62,447 nt of DNA, filler included, from Choristocarpus tenellus KU-1152 (GCA_964200185.2; 13 parts of 13 records of this genome joined end to end with filler, not necessarily neighbours in it); one strand, 5' to 3'. Positions 40,854 to 54,259 are shown, counted from the whole stretch's first letter. Notes: generated from the sequence alone by a model not told the origin. Numbers and translations are program-made.

Positions 40854-41431
40854 TACACACACACACACAGGCGTATGTCAGAGGAAGACCAGGGATTGAT
40901 CGAGGAGGTTTCGCCCACACAAGCAGTACAGCACACACAATTGAGCCTGGGGTAAGGGGGTAGGGATAGATCTAGCATTTCCAGTACATTCATACAGGAA
41001 ACAAGGGAAAAACGTCAAGAGGATCAGGAGACACATTCTGTGATACCAGCAAAGAGCAAATAACACACTACAGAACTACAAAAACAACATATAGTGTGTT
41101 ATTTGCTCCCCTATGCAATCCCTCATCCCTCTTCGACAGCCCCTTGCCCCACCCCCACCCTCGCAAAAAAAGCAAAGCGGCGCAAGTCCTGAAATCTCAA
41201 AATAAAAAAAAATCAATCGAGTCCTCAAACATGCCTGGGGCCAGTAGAAATCAATCGAGTCTAATTCCTTCTGTGCCAGCTCATGCAGGCGTTTTACAAT
41301 GGCTCTGAATTCAACAGACGACGCCAACGATGCCCCGCGCTGCAGCAGCCCCACAGCAGCCATAGTGCTGTCTGACAAGCGTATCGCCCCTGATTGCCAG
41401 CTCTGGTGCACACTGTTCGAAGCCTCATCCT
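37684..41431 (-). CDS. Phosphatidylinositol 4-kinase (type III beta/Pik1-like), N-terminal/middle part, spliced, with low-complexity insertions; catalytic domain off contig
   Basis: Helical-domain-like IVKRLHELAQKELDSIDFYWPQ and pre-kinase segment YFEEQLTFVQSLVDIAERLRFIEPVSSRGKHLERELAGL. Long GC-rich exon at ~38555-39280. Confidence 0.6.
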
Positions 41432-41586
41432 GGTAGGGGGGGGGGGGGGGGGGGTCGAGACCAGAAGAGAACCTTAAAAGGAAAAANNNNNNNNNNNNNN
41501 NNNNNNNNNNNNNNNNNNNNNNNNNNNNNNTTAATTAATTAANNNNNNNNNNNNNNNNNNNNNNNNNNNNNNNNNNNNNNNNNNNN

Positions 41587-41947
41587 GGGGGTTGGGGGGG
41601 TGGTTTGGAAGGGTGGGGTTTTAAGGGGGGGGGGGGGGGGGGGGGTGGCGGGGGGGGGGGAGCACGGTGGTGATGATGGGAACAGGGGGTTGATTTCGAC
41701 ATATACGAGAGTTGGTAATGGTGTGGAGGCGGTGATGGAGGAGGGCGATTGGGTGGCATCGTGGGATGGGTTAGAGGGGGGTGATCCAGGGGTAGGTGTT
41801 GTGTTGGACGGAGGAGAGAAATGGCAGGTCCTGTGCGATAGCACTCAGCGAGGTGGGGATGAAAGAGAGATACAGGAGGAGAGGTCAACTATTGATGAGT
41901 TGCAGAACATGAAGGGGCAGTTGCTATCTCGTCGGGCCCCATTGTGA
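41587..41947 (+). CDS. Probable last exon of an unidentified gene
   Basis: Purine-rich open frame ...GVEAVMEEGDWVASWDGLEGG...IDELQNMKGQLLSRRAPL*, followed by UTR-like sequence. Confidence 0.4.
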
Positions 41948-43966
41948 CACGACATATTGATCCATTTTGTCGCTTTATGTTGTTGTTGTTGTGTGACACG
42001 GCTTACCAGTTTTATTTGTGGAAACTGCAAGTGGTGGGGGGGAAGGGTTTGTGATGATGGTATCGAGGTCTTGATTGGTCAGCCCTGGATGATTTGGGCT
42101 GCGACATAACACACCCTGGGAAGGGAGTTGTGCCTGTCAATATTCCACAGAGTTGTGACTGAGAGAGAGGAGCAAGGGACGATTTCCCAAGGAGCAACAT
42201 TTACTCCGATGAGATGATTTTTGCTGCAGATGAGCCAATGAAGTTTGCATAACTTATCCCCTACATGATGGCGTTTGTCAACACTGCCTCTTTGTCCTTG
42301 ACTATTGGCTTCATGTTGTACCTATCTACTTTTTTTTTCTACCATGGGTGTAGGTTCAAGCTTGCGCTTGTGTTCCTTTTTCTTCCTCCTGCTGTTGGTT
42401 GCAGTTGCCATCTGCTTGTCTCTCTGGCTCTGATTGCACCATTTCTCAGTGTTGCATCATCTTGGTATAATTGGCGCCTGCTTGGTTGGGCAGGGGAAGA
42501 TGTTTTTTTTGTTTTTTTTTGGGGGGGGGTGAGGTGGGGTGGGGAGAGGAGTAGTGTAGTGAATGCCAAATGACATTTTTTTGTAGTGATATTTTTACAA
42601 GTACCATACTTGCCCATCAAATCTGTTTTATGATATTGAGTGTGCATTTCACATATTCTGGTTGGTGTATGTTTCTCAGCTTTTGTAGTGTGACACTATT
42701 TGTAGTAGAATTTTTTTGTGTTTGTGATTGCTATGCCTGTGTAGGTATGGTTTGCTTTTGAAGGAGAGTACTGTTCCTGAATACAATCCACAGTGTTAGG
42801 TAATACTTAATTATAGATTAATGATGTGTGAACAGAGGTCCTTGGACAACTTGTCCTTTCACATCAGTGTTTTGAATACTTTGTTTTAAGTTGTCCAACG
42901 GTGGGGTTCAAGGGAACACAGGGTGGGGTTCTGCTGAGTTTATGGCCCCTCTGACTTTTTTGGTGGTACATATGTTTTGGAGCACGCACTCCTGGTCGGC
43001 TGTGGAGTGCAGTTTGACTGTTTTGCGATTGCATTAAGTTCACAGAAGAAAGGCATCCTCATCAACTCTGTTCTCTTGAACTCCTTCTCCTTCGAGCAAA
43101 ATTGAAAAAAAAAAGTTGAAGACTCGAAATCAGTTCCTGTGACTCTTAGCATATCTCAAATGTTACTAAGGGCCAAGTGTTTATCGTTTTTATGTTCCAG
43201 ACTTCAGTGTTGCGAGGTGTTATTTACGCTTTTGTAGTGGAGTGCTGTATCACTTGTGTTTGTGTGTAGACTGTTGTAAGTATCGCAGAACGTATATTGG
43301 GTTATTATGGTGTCGGGAGTGTGGTAAGTGGGAGGTTCGTTACTCTAGGAGTATTATTTTTTTGTTTTCGGAGTTGCTGTTTTTTGTTACTAGACACAGT
43401 AACATGTTTTTCTTCCTAAAAAGTATTGTTTCAAGTACACTACACTCTGTTGTGTATGTACAAGTTTTATGCCTACTATAATAGTAGCAGTTGATTTGCG
43501 GTCTCCTCCGTTATTGCCTTCACACACTTCTTGTTCCATTGCTTTCAGTAAGGATTTTTTGAAGAATTTGATTGGGTTATTTATTGACGATGCGAAGTAC
43601 ATTTTTTTTTGTAGGCATTTAAGCGTTTACGTGGGGAGGAGTATTATTGCATATATGAGAGGGATCTTTTTATCATGGAAAAAGATGTTGGATGTGTACA
43701 ACTTCACCATGCATACTTCTTTGTGATGTTTGCCTCACATACTATCCGCTCGTGATAGTGGTAGAAAGATTGTCATACTTGTAGGACTCACTTCCTGGTG
43801 ACAAATACTTCTCAGTAACAGCATATTATATGTTCATAATTGGTAATGTGGTTTGGTATGAAGGGTTTGTTTCTGTTTGATAGTGTACAACAGAGATACT
43901 GTGCATGACTACTCTGTGCAATATAGACTAGTAGTCTACATGGTTTATAGTGTAAAAGTGAATGAA

Positions 43967-44039
43967 GTAATGTAACTTGAACTTACAAGCGACTGACGTA
44001 GTGTAACTTGAACTTACAAGTGACTGATGTAGTGTAACT
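43967..44039. repeat. 31-bp tandem repeat, ~2.3 units
   Basis: gta(a/g)tgtaacttgaacttacaag(c/t)gactga(c/t) repeated head-to-tail. Confidence 0.9.
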
Positions 44040-44419
44040 GTCACAAACATGTTTAAACATATCTCTGACGTGTTTGATGACGAATGAATAAGATAACAAG
44101 GGAGAGCACCACCCCCCCACCTTGAGGATAGTGCTCACTCCGCTAATAAACACATCCATACTACACAAAGCAAATACTCTACTTGAGTAGCTCTCTTTTG
44201 CATATACTTTTATGTTCGAAATCAGGTACAGCACAATGGAAACGAAAAAGTCTCTTGAGCTACCTCTTTCTCAGATACAAAGAGGAAGACAATTTTTTTT
44301 TGTAAATGTAGGTCCTTCATGACGTTTTCAAAACAACGACACGGCAAAAGAAATGGAAATGTGTCGAAATGAAGCTCATCTTTGGCGGTTACAAAACAGG
44401 TAAATGTGGAAAGCATGAT

Positions 44420-44462
44420 TTTATTATTATGCCCTCTGACATTTTGCAGATGTGTCAGGGGG
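44420..44462 (-). repeat. Hairpin+(TAA)n motif copy at contig end
   Basis: ttattattatGCCCTCTGACATTTTGCAGATGTGTCAGGGGG, essentially identical to 54360-54400. Confidence 0.85.
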
Positions 44463-44615
44463 NNNNNNNNNNNNNNNNNNNNNNNNNNNNNNNNNNNNNN
44501 NNNNNNTTAATTAATTAANNNNNNNNNNNNNNNNNNNNNNNNNNNNNNNNNNNNNNNNNNNNCGTTTTCTCTTCCTCTTTTTAAAAAAAAAAAAAAAATT
44601 TTTTCCCCCAAACCG

Positions 44616-44617
<2 letters not shown>

Positions 44618-44651
<34 letters not shown>

Positions 44652-44665
44652 AGATACTTTGAGTC
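44618..44665. mobile_element. MITE-type terminus with long C tract at contig start (family B-like)
   Basis: (C)n-AGATACTTTGAGTC terminus. Confidence 0.65.
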
Positions 44666-46948
44666 TCTGTGAGTTCATGTTAAAGGACAACCATTCCATG
44701 CTGACCATGATCCCCTCTTCAAATGATTCCATCGAGAACTTGTCAGTTGGTCAGGCTAGATAGCTCCGAAACGTCAAGTCATACCATCTTCACCCAGAGT
44801 ACATGTATGTCAATGTTACGAACATTGGTAGTGGAAATGTACTTGAGGACCTCCAAACGGTGGTTGAGCGCACCTTTCTGGGTTGAGAACAAGCTCTAAG
44901 GCGGCAGTTGCCACAGGGGCCAAGGAGTCAGATGTCGACCATTTGGAGGGGCGATGAAGCAGTGAGCAACCTTTAAGTGTGGATCTTGTCAGGGCACTAC
45001 TTGACATTTGGCTAAGAGCAAGGGTGGTGTACAATATTGGGTTTTGGTGACGTGGGCCTTCCAGAGCTGCTTGAGGTGCTGTGCTGTATCCTGTTCAAGA
45101 ATCTATCTTCATCAGCCAGGATGTGAGCGGAGTGGACCCTGTTCAGTGATAAGTATATGGCAACAGGTATAAATAACCAGCACCTGTTGACCTCCCGTTT
45201 TGCACCTTCCTTCACCAACCCAGAAAACTGAATAGGAGAAAAAAAATGGCAAACCCAAAGAAAGAGACAACGACGAGAAAAGCAACATAGTTGCTCATCC
45301 TCCACATGCATAACTGAACCTAGCCTCTGACTTGTACATTCACCTTGATACTGTCACATCTTGTCTATACTAGGACATCAACCTCATGTATGACAGGGTG
45401 TGACCAGGCATATTGTTTGAATCCTCATTACTAGACTCAAAAGGTGTGGATCATTTAATTTATCCTCAGACCCCAACTCACAATGCAATTTGGGTTCATA
45501 CATAATATTTCAGATGGCACCACACTTTGTAACTGAACAGACGCATGAATACATACTTCAGTACTCTGGGACATTTTCCTTTTCAGTTAGAAGAGTCTAG
45601 AGGGTGACACCTGAAATAACAAACACATTAGAGAGACTGTATACATCCCCACCAACCTTGTGGTGGTCTCTTTTTGATGCATGGAGTACAAGCCCTTACA
45701 ACAGTAGCCAGTTTGTGAGAACAGGATAATGAGTATCCCCGAATTCTAGGCATGGTGCATAGACAGGCAACAGGGTCCACCCTGACTACTTACTAAAAAT
45801 AATGTCCTTGTACAGTAAGGTGCTGCATCCAGTCAACTGCAAATTGATGATTGTATACTCAGTACGTCATTACTATCTTCCCTCCATTCATATCCAAAAG
45901 CGAACCTGCTCAGCATTGCAATACTGTAGTAGTACTCCAAGTATTAATAGTAATGATAGCATACTTGGACCTTAACCGCGTTCACTTTTCTCCACAAATC
46001 ATGAAGACAAAAAAATTGGTCCGTACACAAACTAGCAAGATGAACTTTGGCTTGGTTATTCCTCCTGCGCCCCTGTGTGCCCTCTCTTTATTTTCCTCAC
46101 ATCTCTCTCATCCGAACAGCACAACAATAGGACGTCCGGTTCCCAGATGAAATCCAACCAACATGTCAGTATTTGAGCTGCACAGACAGGACAAGCAAAT
46201 TCCACCACAGTACAACAGGGATTGACAAACCACCCTCAAGCATCCAATGTATCCCAAACCATGTACTCTGGATAGAAGACAACGGCTGAAACATCTTCCA
46301 CCCATCCTCTATAACATACAATGTAGTCCAGAGATGAAGTGTCTAGTGTCCAATTTATGCCGATCACACCACCCCCTAGAAAAAGGTGCCATGATTTCCT
46401 GCTACTACTTGTCCTCACAAAAGACTCATTGATGCTAGGCAGGGGCGAAATACAATATTATACCGCCCCTTGCTTGTATGTGTGGTTAGCCCCATACACA
46501 GCAATGAAGGAGCTAACTCCCACGGACCTACTGTGACAATGAGTTGGGGCATAGGCATGAAAATATCTGTGGTATATACGGGCAGTCTATGTGTTACACA
46601 CATACTCCATTCTTTGCAGGGCATTGATATTCTAGTTGAAAAATTGAAATTGGTACTACCTGCGATGGTGACAGAGTTCATGTTGCAGCCGCTTCACGCC
46701 CATACCGTCTTTAGCAATGACCATACTGACACACTGACAGCGCGACATGTTTGCTCAGGCTGGCCTTCTCCAATTCTTATGGACCTGTCTCTACATTTAG
46801 TATTGAAAGTGTAACCTTCAAAATATTAGATCCTACCTCCATGGTCTTCTTTTGAAGCACTCAGTCGTGTCACTTCACAGCCGATCAAATGCAACATATG
46901 TGTAATCTGAGCTTTACTTAATCTCTTACAGCAAACGACCCAACCCTC

Positions 46949-48762
46949 TTAGTTGTCCTGATTGGGGTCGTCCTCATCGTCCTCCTTACTCAGATCAATG
47001 TCGCCACCACCCAAGAGGTCTTGCATATCAGCCTTTTCTTTGGCCTGGCAGAAAAGACAAAGAGGCAATACAACTTGCAGGGTCAGACAACAGCCTCAAA
47101 AAAATACAACCAGCTTTTCTGGATAATCAATGGGGGCAGGGCAGGGATTTGGGGAGGTTAGTTGGGTCAGAGCACAGAACATGTACCAACATGATGAGTG
47201 AATACAAGACATTTAAAGTGAATTGACTTCCCAACTCAAACTATCAACAAATGTACTGTACTTGCACTTAGGTATGGTATAGTCTGGAGTACATGAAACA
47301 TGTTGCTGATTCAGCCAGTAAGTATATCGTTGCCTCTGCTGTTAGGTCTCAAAGAAGACTCAAGACTCTCGAAGAAGTAAGAGCCACATCAGCGGAAACA
47401 TGCAAATTCCTCGCACATGAAGAGACACAAATCACTGAAAAAAAAAGCAGACTACAACTTGCCGACACCCCTCCCTCAACGAGCAAACACACGTGGCGCT
47501 CCCATGCCGAGTCATCGCCAACAAGTAGCGCACACGGTCTAAACCTAACCCTAACCCAGTGGACAGGACTGTCAAGGCCCTGGAGGAATAACAGTCGACC
47601 TCCCACCTATCCTGCATGCCATTGTGGTATCGTTAAAGCAACCCAGGTTGAGCCCTAATCAACGATACATGCGATGCACTGACAGATGCACTCTTTCAAG
47701 TACGTGCTGCAGCGTTGCATAGACAGTGGCTGCCTTGGAACGTACTTGGAACGGTATCTTTTAACCCCCGGGTGTGGAAGCACCTCCCGGGCAGCAAGGA
47801 CCTCTTGCAGCAACACCCCAAAGCCCCAAAGCGTACAGATCAAAGAATAGTCACCCCAAAGCGTGTTATGGTACGAGGGTCCGTGCGCAGAGGGAGACGT
47901 CACCTTTATCTCCGAGTCAGACATCTTTATCTTTTTCTTTTTCTTTTCTATCTTGTTGTCATCATCATCAAGACCGAGCAGATCATCTGTCTTTTTCTGT
48001 TTCCTCCTCTTAGCCAACGCCTGTTTGTTGCCAGGAGGGGGTAATGATAAAAAAAAATCGATGTTGCACTCTTCACATACTTCAAGGGGAGCATTAAGGA
48101 GCAAGCCTGTATGGATCATTTCTTCAGTCCTCACATGTGATACTAAATGTGCATGGCCCTGTTAAATACCCCTCCCCAGCACTGCCTACAAATCCTCCAA
48201 GCCCCATAGGTGGAGGATATGAGCACAGCCCTCCCACTAGGGCCAACACAATAGTTGCCCAAACAAGGTACACCCATATCCTTTTCTGACTCCAACCCTG
48301 CCACTGGTGCCATCACAGTAAGTTCCATCAATCTTGAATCATACCGTTTCTAAATCTTCCAGTCAAGGAATAAACTAACCGCCTTCCATCCATCCATCCA
48401 CAAAAACAAACAAAAAATAAATAAGACTGTTCACTGATTCTCCTCAATTGTCCTGTGCCCGAACTTCCTTCTACCCTCCAATCACACAACACACACTACA
48501 CAACCCTAACCAAAATGAAAAAAAATGCTCCTCAAGATAGATGGGGCTATGATATGATCATAACACAACACAGCACAACACAACAGTTATCATAAACAGA
48601 CGACTTCAAACCTAACTATACCCCATTTGTTCACTATCAAGTACCTCCTTGATCTTTTCATCATACAGCTCATCCGGATGCTCCTCAGCAAACTTAGGAT
48701 TGTATGTACGGGTATCCTTGGCGTACTTGTCACCAGGGCCTGCGCAACTCTCTTTCTTGTCC
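46949..48762 (-). CDS. 3' exons of an unidentified gene (K/D-rich; exons ~48625-48762, 47893-48031, possibly 47700-47805, terminal 46949-47045)
   Basis: DKKESCAGPGDKYAKDTRTYNPKFAEEHPDELYDEKIKEVLDSEQM, ALAKRRKQKKTDDLLGLDDDDNKIEKKKKKIKMSDSEIK and AKEKADMQDLLGGGDIDLSKEDDEDDPNQDN*, with cAG/GT borders. Confidence 0.6.
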
Positions 48763-49378
48763 CTGTCAAAACAAAAACAAATTATGTTTTTTTTTTCTCT
48801 TATTATTATTATTATTATTTTCAGTTTCACACACACGCACGAAAAACACACACACTTTGCCCATTCTTTTCCCCTGACAGAAATAGACACATTGACCAAA
48901 CAAATATAAGCACAGAACTCTAAAATGTTAGTACTCAAACCCACTATAACAACACAAAAATTTGCATAATTTACGCGGAAGTATTTTGAACCATCACATG
49001 CACTAAAAGAATAAAATACAAGACCTAATACGTAGTATATAAAGAGTTAGACGGATATGAGAGAAGGGATTGTTTTGGTCGTTTTAAGTTAAACTCTCCC
49101 CNNNNNNNNNNNNNNNNNNNNNNNNNNNNNNNNNNNNNNNNNNNNTTAATTAATTAANNNNNNNNNNNNNNNNNNNNNNNNNNNNNNNNNNNNNNNNNNN
49201 NTATGGGTTTTTATTCTGCATTCAACTACTTTGACATAACCATGGACTTATGTATGTGAAGCACAAATAAATAATAAACAAGCAATGAGAAGACACCACA
49301 CACAAAGGTCACTCTTCTCTTCTCTTCTCTTCTAATCTTCAACCATGTAGTCACGTTCAGCAAAGGGGGTCGTGTGAG

Positions 49379-49636
49379 GAGTGAAAGTATCTCAGAGGGT
49401 ACAAATTTTGCCCTGTTTGTCCATTTGGGGCTTGACTTCACACTGTTTTTTTATGGCATTTTCCTACTCCGAAATGCTTTGAAGTAGGTGAAATGTATGC
49501 GTTATGAAAAAGTGTGTTAGGAACAGGGATAATGATACTTCCTAACAAACACAATAGCCAAAATTACATCAATATCGCAACATTGGATTTTGACCCCCAA
49601 ACGGACGCGTCTCTACCCTCTAAGATACTTTGACTC
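49379..49636. mobile_element. MITE family A, full copy
   Basis: GAGTGAAAGTATCTCAGAGGGTAC...CCCTCTAAGATACTTTGACTC, flanked on both sides by TGAG. Confidence 0.95.
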
Positions 49637-49701
49637 TGAGGCTTCACACTTTCTTATCTTCACTACTAACAAATAGCATTACCCCCCAAGGTAATTTGCA
49701 C

Positions 49702-50048
49702 ACACCCATGCGGAAGCTTTGTGGAAAGGACAGGCAGGAAGGACAGCCAACTTACGGAGAGGAGTCTGTTGACATTGCCTCAACAGATAGAAGGGAGAAT
49801 TCTATTATGTGGATGACGAGATTGGGGGAGGAAGCGGAAGCTCCATTATTGCCGAAAGAACTGAACATATAACTGTGAGGAAATCACCCGGATCTTCTCG
49901 CTGAGACTGGCCTTCAGTGAAGAGAGCAAAACTTGGCAAGACCCTGACCTCTGCCAGGAAGAAGAAGAAGAAGTCGGCAATAGTCATTGAAGGGGTCACA
50001 CCCGTGGAGAAGCTTGGTGGAAAGGACAGGTAGGAAGGACAGCCAAAT
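49702..50048 (+). repeat. Pair of ~50-bp direct repeats (49702-49750 and 49998-50046)
   Basis: acacccatgcggaagctttgtggaaaggacaggcaggaaggacagccaa vs acacccgtggagaagcttggtggaaaggacaggtaggaaggacagccaa. Confidence 0.85.
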
Positions 50049-50835
50049 TCTTTCCTAACCAACATTTTTGCTTCTCCTCACCCGAGGGTCGAGGCTAACC
50101 CAGCCTTGACAGGCAATTGTACAGATCAGAGAGATCTACCCGTCACAGAGGGAGTAGGTGGCGCACTCCAGGACGAAGAGGGGAACCATTCCACATGCAG
50201 TGGTAGCCCCTGCGCCAGACCACAATCGGTCCACCCTAGTGATCCAATCGTGGAGGGAATAACCGAAAGGTTTCATGGAAGCCTACGTGACGGAACTCCT
50301 CCTTTCGGGGACTAAACCAACACCTTCCCAGTACCAGGTGTAAACGCAGATCCTCAGGCAGATCATACATGATCACGGGTTTAGACAGATGAAGGCCGGC
50401 AAGGCGACTAAGAACATCGTCCAGGGGGGTCATTGCTACGTACAAGGGAAATTCTGAATATACTGGAGGGTGATGAGGGGAAAGTCAAGAGGACATCGCG
50501 TGTAGAGGATGTCAAATTCCTCCTTGCAAAGAGGGCCATGTTGCTGAGCCTCGTGAAGCAAGAAAAGTGAAACGATAAATATTCAACAATACTGAACCTA
50601 TGGCACCTACTGACTGCGGCCTACGCCAAACTCATGGACTGGTGGGAGAAGGGCGAGGAGTGCCGATACCAACATACCCATCAGTTGAAATAGAGCCTTC
50701 TTCGTTTCCGATTGAGCCTGGAGTGCGGGTCGTTTTGGTTTTGTTTCATTCGGGGCTAATGTGCGTTGGATGGTCTCCAACTACCGTGTTCATGCGGTTT
50801 GGATCTGACGGATTATGATTTTTCACAGTGGTATT

Positions 50836-51011
50836 GGCTCAAATTATCTTGGGAGGGTGGCGGCTGTCCATTTGGGGTCGATTTTTTCATGTCACCATTT
50901 TTGGGTGATTTGATTCCATACGTCGGATGCATAATGAAAGGTTCACTTTTCCTGGTAATGACCCAAATGACACCCTGGTGTAGACCCCCTCCCCTCTAGA
51001 TACTTAGGGTC
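50836..51011. mobile_element. MITE family B, full copy, TSD ATT
   Basis: att|GGCTCAAATTATCTTGGG...CTCTAGATACTTAGGGTC|att. Confidence 0.93.
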
Positions 51012-51017
51012 ATTAGA

Positions 51018-51274
51018 GAGTGAATTATCTTAGAGGGTACGAGTCTTCCCCTGTTTGTCCGTTCGCGGCTTGGCTTCCCACGGTAATCTTTATTGTATTT
51101 TCCTACTCCGAAATATCTTGGAGTAGGATATAATGTGTACGTTTCAAAAGGTGTGTCCGGAACAAGAATATTGACACGTTCTAATGAACACGAAAGCCAA
51201 AATTACATCAAAATCGCACATTAGATTTTGGCCCCCAAACAGACACGGCCCTGCCCTCTAAGATACTTTGACTC
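51018..51274. mobile_element. MITE family A, full copy, 6 bp from a family B copy
   Basis: aga|GAGTGAATTATCTTAGAGGGTAC...CCCTCTAAGATACTTTGACTC|gga. Confidence 0.93.
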
Positions 51275-52230
51275 GGATCTATGTGGGGCAGTCAGAGGTT
51301 TCAGTACATGAGATATGATACTTGAGGTGATGGCTCTGCTTATCTGACTAAAGTAAAGTGTATAAAAGCCAATGTAAAATACTGCCAAAATATTACACTT
51401 CACAACCCACTCTTTTAATTTCATTCAGCTAAGTTTCCAAGCACTTCGCCAATGCCTGCCTTCAACACCTTCTCTTAATTAACGGTCATTTATTCTTCTC
51501 TATTTCGTAACCAAAACTCACCGTACTAACTTTCTTGCATTCACCAAACCTAACACCATAGTTCATCTTTTCTGCAACCCTACTTACACTGTTTCTCAAT
51601 TATTGTACTAAACCCTTACACAAACTGCAATAATATCTTCACCCTTCATTTTTGTACACAGGGCAAGGCCTTGTTTAACCGTTTTCCTAACACTGTCAAT
51701 TCGTCACAAAAAAGCAACACAGCAATCACACAAACATCTCACGCTTTACATAAACTTTACGAAGGGCATGGGTCATACCCCCCCAGTCTAACTTCTCCTG
51801 GCCCTTACCCTGACCCTTGCTCTCGGCCCTTCTACAAGCCCTGACACAAACCACCAAACACCACGAACACTAACCAAAAATCGCCCCTGTGATACGCCGA
51901 CCTTCATCATGCTAACCTAACCCTATCAGTAAACTAACCCTAATCCGAACACAAAACTAACACAAAATAAAAACATTGTGTAGTTTTAGCGTTGTTCATG
52001 AAAACCCAAGTTTGAACATCAAACTAACCCAAAATAAAACATGGTGCATAGTGTCTTAGACAGGAGGGTGTTTAGCCCAGGTTGTATTCGGGGCTTGATG
52101 GGGTGTTGTAAGACGCCCCAGTTTGATGCCAGTTTTACAGGTGATTTCCTTCGAATTTGGTTCAGGCAGGAGGGTGGAAAGAGAAGGTGCGCTCAGTTGA
52201 CGGAAATTGCCTTTAAATCTGATACGTTCA

Positions 52231-52488
52231 GAGCCAAAGTATTTTAGAGGGTAGAGGCGCGTCCACTTGGGGATCAAAATCCAATGTTGCGATTGTGATG
52301 TAATTTTTGCCCTCGTGTTTGTTAGGAAGTGTCAATATCCATGTTCTGGACACACCTTTTCATGACGTATACAATTTACCTACTCCGAAACATTTTGGAG
52401 TAGGAAAATGTAATTAAAAACCCCATGGGAAGCCAAGCCCCAAATGGAAAAACAGGACAAATCTCGTACCCTCTAAGATACTTCACTC
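52231..52488. mobile_element. MITE family A, full copy (opposite orientation), TSD TCA
   Basis: tca|GAGCCAAAGTATTTTAGAGGGTAG...TACCCTCTAAGATACTTCACTC|tca. Confidence 0.95.
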
Positions 52489-52990
52489 TCACTCATGTAA
52501 CATGAGATCACTACAGGTTTTCAGGCCCCCGAAACCCTCCTCTAGGATACTCTGGGTCTTCACGGTTGGAGAGGTCCATATGAATTACATTCAAAGATAT
52601 CACCCATCGTGTGTAGGATTGATTGCTACCTGGAAGCCCGCATCCATTTTCCGTTCATTCGAGTAGAATGAAATAATGCTATCACCAAGTCTAACGTCCC
52701 ACACCAGACTGGAATTAAGTGGATCACTTATTTTTACGAAAATCCTATTCGTATATGCTGATACCATAATCCTTTGCATAGTCTGTATATCTTACATTGC
52801 CGTAATAGTATAACAGCCTATCATCTAACTAAAGAGACTACTGGAGGTGTAATGTCTGGTACAGATCCTCGCCAGTCTTTTTCTTTACTCATTTGTCTTG
52901 GCCCAGATCTCATGTTACCTACATGTCACGATCCTTTAAATCTGTTGACAATCTTGCTACACAGTCGTTTGTGTGCCATACCGTCATAGA

Positions 52991-53249
52991 GAGTGAAAGT
53001 GTCTTAGAGGGTACGAGTTTTGCCCTACTTGTTCGTTTGGGGATCGGCTTCCCAAGTTTTTTTTAATGATATTTTCCTACTCCAAAATGGATCGGAGTAG
53101 GTAAAATGTGTACGTTATGAAAAGTTGTGTCTGGAACAAGGAAATTGACACTTCCTAACAAACACAATAGCCAAAATTACATGAAAATGGCAACATTGGA
53201 TTTTGACCCCCAAATGGACGCGGCCCTACCCTCTAAGATGCTTTGGCTC
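52991..53249. mobile_element. MITE family A, full copy, TSD AGA
   Basis: aga|GAGTGAAAGTGTCTTAGAGGGTAC...CCCTCTAAGATGCTTTGGCTC|aga. Confidence 0.95.
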
Positions 53250-53369
53250 AGACGGGTATAGTCTCTATCGTTTTGTAAGAGGAGGTGAGATAACTGGCAA
53301 CAGATCTCAGTCAACCTGTTCACGACCAGCCTTGACTTGACATCTCATGCATTTCCATCTGACATATGT

Positions 53370-53557
53370 AACCAAATTCACCCAAAAATCGCGACATGGA
53401 AAAATGGACCCCGAATAGACAGTCGCCACCCCNNNNNNNNNNNNNNNNNNNNNNNNNNNNNNNNNNNNNNNNNNNNTTAATTAATTAANNNNNNNNNNNN
53501 NNNNNNNNNNNNNNNNNNNNNNNNNNNNNNNNCCCCCCCTCCCAGATACTTTGGGTC
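53370..53557. mobile_element. Family B MITE fragments at both contig ends flanking the spacer (53370-53432 and 53533-53557)
   Basis: aaccaaattcacccaaaaatcgcgacatggaaaaatggacccc is the reverse complement of the family B interior. CCCAGATACTTTGGGTC is the terminus. Confidence 0.8.
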
Positions 53558-54259
53558 TCAACCACCTCAACTCAGAAACCCAACAAGCACAAAGCAAATT
53601 TGCAAAGAATCACCCTTCCTATCTACCTGTAAATCCTCTTTGTGCACAATGAGTGTGTTGGAACAAACTACAAGGTCCACATGTTTTTTTTGTTGACAAT
53701 GATGACAAGTACTTTCGCTTCTCACAAACGTACACCTGTACTTTTATGTGTGATCTACCTGCCCAACATTCAAATTTGTTTGTTAGACGTGTGAGGATCA
53801 ATTGTATTACTTTTTCCTTCCAAGTTTCATGATCTGTCAACGAATAGATACTCGAAAAAATACTTTCAGGGGGATTTTTTACACATGAAGTCATTCATTT
53901 TTCCCATCACACATCTCCAAAATGTTAGAATATATATTACACTATATACAGATTACAGGTGTTAGAATATATTGGATATGGTTAGATGTTTGGTTTGGAG
54001 AGATGATGGTGCAAGTTAGAGATGGTAAGATTTGAACGACAACTGTTCATTTGAGATCTATTTTCCCCCTATCCCTTACATATATTGAAAGAAACGTATT
54101 TCCTTAAGGATTACATATATATGTTCCAAAGAACAACAAGTTAGTCAAACAGACAGGAGAATCAATTCAGAGGGATTTTAGCCCCAGTGTTACCAGTGCA
54201 GAACTCGTAAAGAAGAGCCAAGGAAATATACAACACTATACCACAAGAATTCAATGTGA

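Noticed and set aside
43967-44039. 31-bp repeats of CRISPR-like length
   Set aside because: Head-to-tail with no spacers, no cas genes, and a eukaryotic context.
45090-45120. CTGATGA hammerhead-ribozyme core candidates (also near 484, 2411, 15103, 20572 and 32682)
   Set aside because: None has stem II followed by GAAA plus closing stems.
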